A DNA stretch of 64,000 nt, taken from assembly GCA_963774265.1 (NCBI GenBank), contig CAVZDU010000001.1:1442021-1506020 (forward strand). The letters run 5' to 3'. This document shows positions 60,870-64,000 of this stretch, piece by piece. The DNA comes from an uncultured Chloroflexia bacterium (GTDB lineage Bacteria; Chloroflexota; Anaerolineae; CG2-30-64-16). Numbering within the stretch: position 1 is the first letter of the stretch; each line of letters opens with the position of its first letter. Position numbers and translations under genes: made by a program. Below the pieces are notes generated by a model, which did not search any database, was not told where the DNA came from, and worked only from the letters and a program-made list of their open reading frames with translations.

Positions 60870-62000
60870 ATGAAGCGCCTGATTGCCGGCCTATGCCTCC
60901 GGCCTCTGTTATGTGCCTGCTGTCTGTTCCTGGCCGGGTGCGGGGGCATGCAGTCCGCGCGCACGCCAACGCCTGTGCCGCTCGGGACACCCACGCAACT
61001 TCCCGTGCGCGGCGGCGTGCGCGGCGACTACTGGCCCACGGACGGCTGGCGCACGGCCACCCCCGCCGAACAAGGCATGGACGCGGGGAAGCTGGCACAA
61101 ATGCTGGACGCGGTCCGTGTGCAGGAGCTCCGCTTGTTCAGCCTCCTGGTGATCCGCCACGGCTACATTGTCAGCGAGACCTATTTCGGATCCTCCGACC
61201 AGCAGACCGCTCGCGAGCTGTATTCTTGTACCAAGAGCTTCGTCGGCACGCTGGTCGGCATCGCCGTCGACCGGGGAGAAATCGAGTCGGTCGGGCAACC
61301 GGTGGCACGGCTCCTTCCCGGCCGTGTTTTCCGGAACGGGAGCCCGGAGAAGGATGCGCTGACGCTGGAAAACCTGCTGACAATGACCTCCGGCCTGGCT
61401 TGGGACGAGGAGGATACCACGTACGCGGAGATGTACCGGAGCGCTGACTGGGTTCAGTACGTGCTCGACAAGCCGCTGGTGGACCGGCCGGGGACCCGAT
61501 TCAACTACTGCTCCGGCTGCTCGCATGTGTTGTCGGCTATCGTCCAGGCGAATACTGGGGCGATGCGAGCATCGATGAACACCCGCGATTTCGCCCAGCA
61601 GGTGCTGTTCGACCCCCTGGGCATCAAAGACCCGGCGTGGAGCACCGACGCGTCAGGCATTCCCATCGGCGGCTGGGGGCTCCGGCTTGCCCCGCGCGAC
61701 ATGGCCAAGCTGGGCTTCCTCTATCTGCACAACGGGCGCTGGGACGGCCGGCAGGTCGTCTCGGAGGCGTGGGTGAAAGCTGCCACGCAGAAACACGTGG
61801 AGACTGACGGCAGGCTGGGTTACGGCTACCAGTGGTGGACCTATCCGCGCTGGGGAGCCTACACGGCGTTGGGCCGCTACGGGCAGACGATCTTCGTGAT
61901 CCCCAGCCTGGACCTGGTCGTGGTCACGACCGGGCAGCTCGAGAACCACGAACCGATCTACCAATTGATCGAGCAGTACGTGGTGCCTGCGGTGGTTTGA
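60870..62000 (+). CDS. Serine hydrolase (beta-lactamase/class C-like) lipoprotein
   Basis: Lipobox LAGC, SCTK (SxxK), LLTMTSG, FNYCS, YGYQWW. Confidence 0.88.
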   Translation: MKRLIAGLCLRPLLCACCLFLAGCGGMQSARTPTPVPLGTPTQLPVRGGVRGDYWPTDGWRTATPAEQGMDAGKLAQMLDAVRVQELRLFSLLVIRHGYIVSETYFGSSDQQTARELYSCTKSFVGTLVGIAVDRGEIESVGQPVARLLPGRVFRNGSPEKDALTLENLLTMTSGLAWDEEDTTYAEMYRSADWVQYVLDKPLVDRPGTRFNYCSGCSHVLSAIVQANTGAMRASMNTRDFAQQVLFDPLGIKDPAWSTDASGIPIGGWGLRLAPRDMAKLGFLYLHNGRWDGRQVVSEAWVKAATQKHVETDGRLGYGYQWWTYPRWGAYTALGRYGQTIFVIPSLDLVVVTTGQLENHEPIYQLIEQYVVPAVV

Positions 62001-62190
62001 AGGTCCGGGCCCAGTCTTGATATACAGCTTGCTTTTCACTCTCCCAGAACGCTGCCCGGGTCTCCTTTGAGCGTGGGCAACAGTTTGAGTGGACCCTGCT
62101 GGTCAGGGTGGCGGCGAATCCGGTTGCGGGGCTGAATTCCATGAGCTGCTGCGCCGCCACGGCGAGGAGACATAAAGGAGGACATTCACC

Positions 62191-63502
62191 ATGGCTGAGA
62201 AGCTGATCCTCTCTGCTGGTCAAGCCGATGAGACCGTGAGCCGGACACTGCGCATTCTAGAGAGTTTGTTCGACGCCGACGCAAAGCGGCACGTGGGCGT
62301 GCGTCTGTGGGATGGCACGCCTTGGCCCGATGATGCACCCCGACCCGCCACGCTCGTTCTCAAGCATCCCGGCGCGCTGCGCGCCATGTTTCTGCCCGGT
62401 AACGAGTTGGCTCTGGCCGAGGCTTACCTGTACGACGACTTCGACATCGTCGGCGATATCGAGGCGGTTTTCGGCCTGGCCGACGCGCTGGCCGCGGCGA
62501 CCTCCGGCTGGCGCAAGAGGCTGACTGCCGCGCGTGACCTGGCGCGGCTGCCGGCCGGCTCCGGCCACCCACAGCGGCCAGCGTGGCCCGGCTCGCCTGG
62601 CCGGCAGGCGTCACTCGGTCGAACGCGACCGCCAGGCCGTCACCTATCACTACGATGTGTCCAACGACTTCTACGCACTCTGGCTCGACCGGCGTATGGT
62701 CTACTCGTCCGCCTATTTCCAGGCGGCCGGGGAAGACCTGGACACGGCGCAAGCGCGCAAGCTCGACTACATTTGTCGCAAGTTGCGCTTGCAGCCCGGC
62801 CAACGCCTGCTCGACATCGGCTGCGGATGGGGCGGGCTGGTGTTGCACGCCGCCCAGCACTACGGCGTGGATGCCACCGGCATCACGCTCAGCCAGCCGC
62901 AGGTCGAGCTGGCGAACGAGCGCATCGCCGCGGCCGGCCTCTCTGGGCAATGCCGTGTCGAGGCGCGTGATTATCGCGAACTGGATGAGCCGGAAGGCTA
63001 CGATGTCCTGGTCAGCGTGGGGATGTTCGAGCACGTGGGCGCGGCGCTGCTGCCGACCTACTTCGACCAGTCCTGGCGCCTGCTCAAGCCTGGCGGCGTC
63101 TTCCTCAATCACGGCATCGCCTCGCGCGCCAACGAAGTGCTTCCGGACGGCCCCAACTTCAGCGACGCCTATGTCTTCCCGGACGGGGAACTGACGCCGA
63201 TCAGCGCCACTCTGCGGGCCGCGGAAGAAGCCGGCTTCGAGGTGCGCGACGTGGAAAGCCTGCGCGAGCACTACGCGTTGACGCTGCGTCACTGGGTGCG
63301 CCGCCTGGAAACACAGCACGACGCAGCGCTCAGGTTCGTGGACGAGCCGACCTATCGCGTCTGGCGGCTGTTCATGTCCTCCAATGCGCACGGTTTCCGA
63401 ACGGGAGCGCTGAACGTCTACCAGGCGCTGTTGGTGAAGCCGGACGCGCATGGCCGCAGCGACCTGCCACTGACGCGCGCGGACTGGTATGTCGCAGTCT
63501 GA
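62191..63502 (+). CDS. cfa: Cyclopropane-fatty-acyl-phospholipid synthase (frameshift near 62570)
   Basis: HYDVSNDFY, LLDIGCGWGG, SVGMFEHVG, YVFPDGEL, EHYALTL. Confidence 0.9.
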
Positions 63503-63504
63503 GT

Positions 63505-64000
63505 TCAGATCGAACGGCACGCGATCTTCAGATGCAATGAAGATGATGGCGTTATTTCTGTAAGAATATTATTTTTTATTGCGGATGTAATTTGATTTAC
63601 CTCTCGTTCGTCAGCGCGAGAACGTAGCGAGAAGAAATTGATGATATGACTCCCACTCCTCATGTGATTTCAACCTAAAAGGGGTAAATGATAGCGCTCT
63701 GATCAGCTGGGAGCTGATAGTAACCTCGTCCCTGCAATTCGAATTGATCACCACCATCGCGATGGAAGTTTAAGCGAAATGGACTTGATTTGGACTTCTC
63801 GACCGCCACTATTCGTTATGACAAGATGAAGTGCTGCATTTGGTTCACCCAGATTGTGCGACATATGTATACGCTCGATATGCCTCAACATCTAGCTGCG
63901 CTGGTCGAAGTAACATATACAGGGGTGGGAGTTGCGATAGCACTAGGGCTAGAAGTGCTACTACAGCAGTCCAGAATGTCCAATCAAGGTAAAACGGGGT
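63505..64000 (-). pseudogene. Low-GC, multiply frameshifted protein-coding fragment with N-terminal TM helix, entering from beyond the window
   Basis: Manual translation TPFYLDWTFWTAVVALLALVLSQLPPLY...; after shifts IHMSHNLGEPNAALHLVITNSGGREVQIKSISL; abrupt AT enrichment right after the cfa stop. Confidence 0.5.

Overview
GC-rich bacterial chromosomal segment; gene content and intergenic style suggest Chloroflexota (Anaerolineae/Caldilineae-like), which is inference. It carries housekeeping genes (xseAB, coaE, dnaJ-prmA-rsmE-trxB, cfa) and B12-dependent acyl-CoA metabolism: an ICM-type and an MCM-type mutase large subunit, one B12-binding small subunit, meaB, mce, and propionyl-CoA carboxylase. 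It also has one intact IS with 5-bp target duplication and a 17-kb sugar sensing/uptake region. Four signals stand out. (1) A sugar ABC ATPase carries a complete, circularly permuted sugar-binding protein inserted in frame between its two NBDs (28596-31157). (2) An apparent ABC-transporter-derived sensor: binding protein, permease, degenerate NBD fused to a NarX-type histidine kinase, and a REC-HTH-REC regulator (22167-27060). (3) A GGGG-N4-CCCC palindrome lies 72-73 nt upstream of the -10 box in three promoters of that region. (4) A three-domain DsbA-like lipoprotein has two in-frame UGA codons in UPYC motifs, each followed by a covarying SECIS-like hairpin (11792-13783). Single-base frameshifts occur from ~33 kb onward and are most likely sequencing or consensus errors. 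No rRNA, tRNA or CRISPR array was seen.
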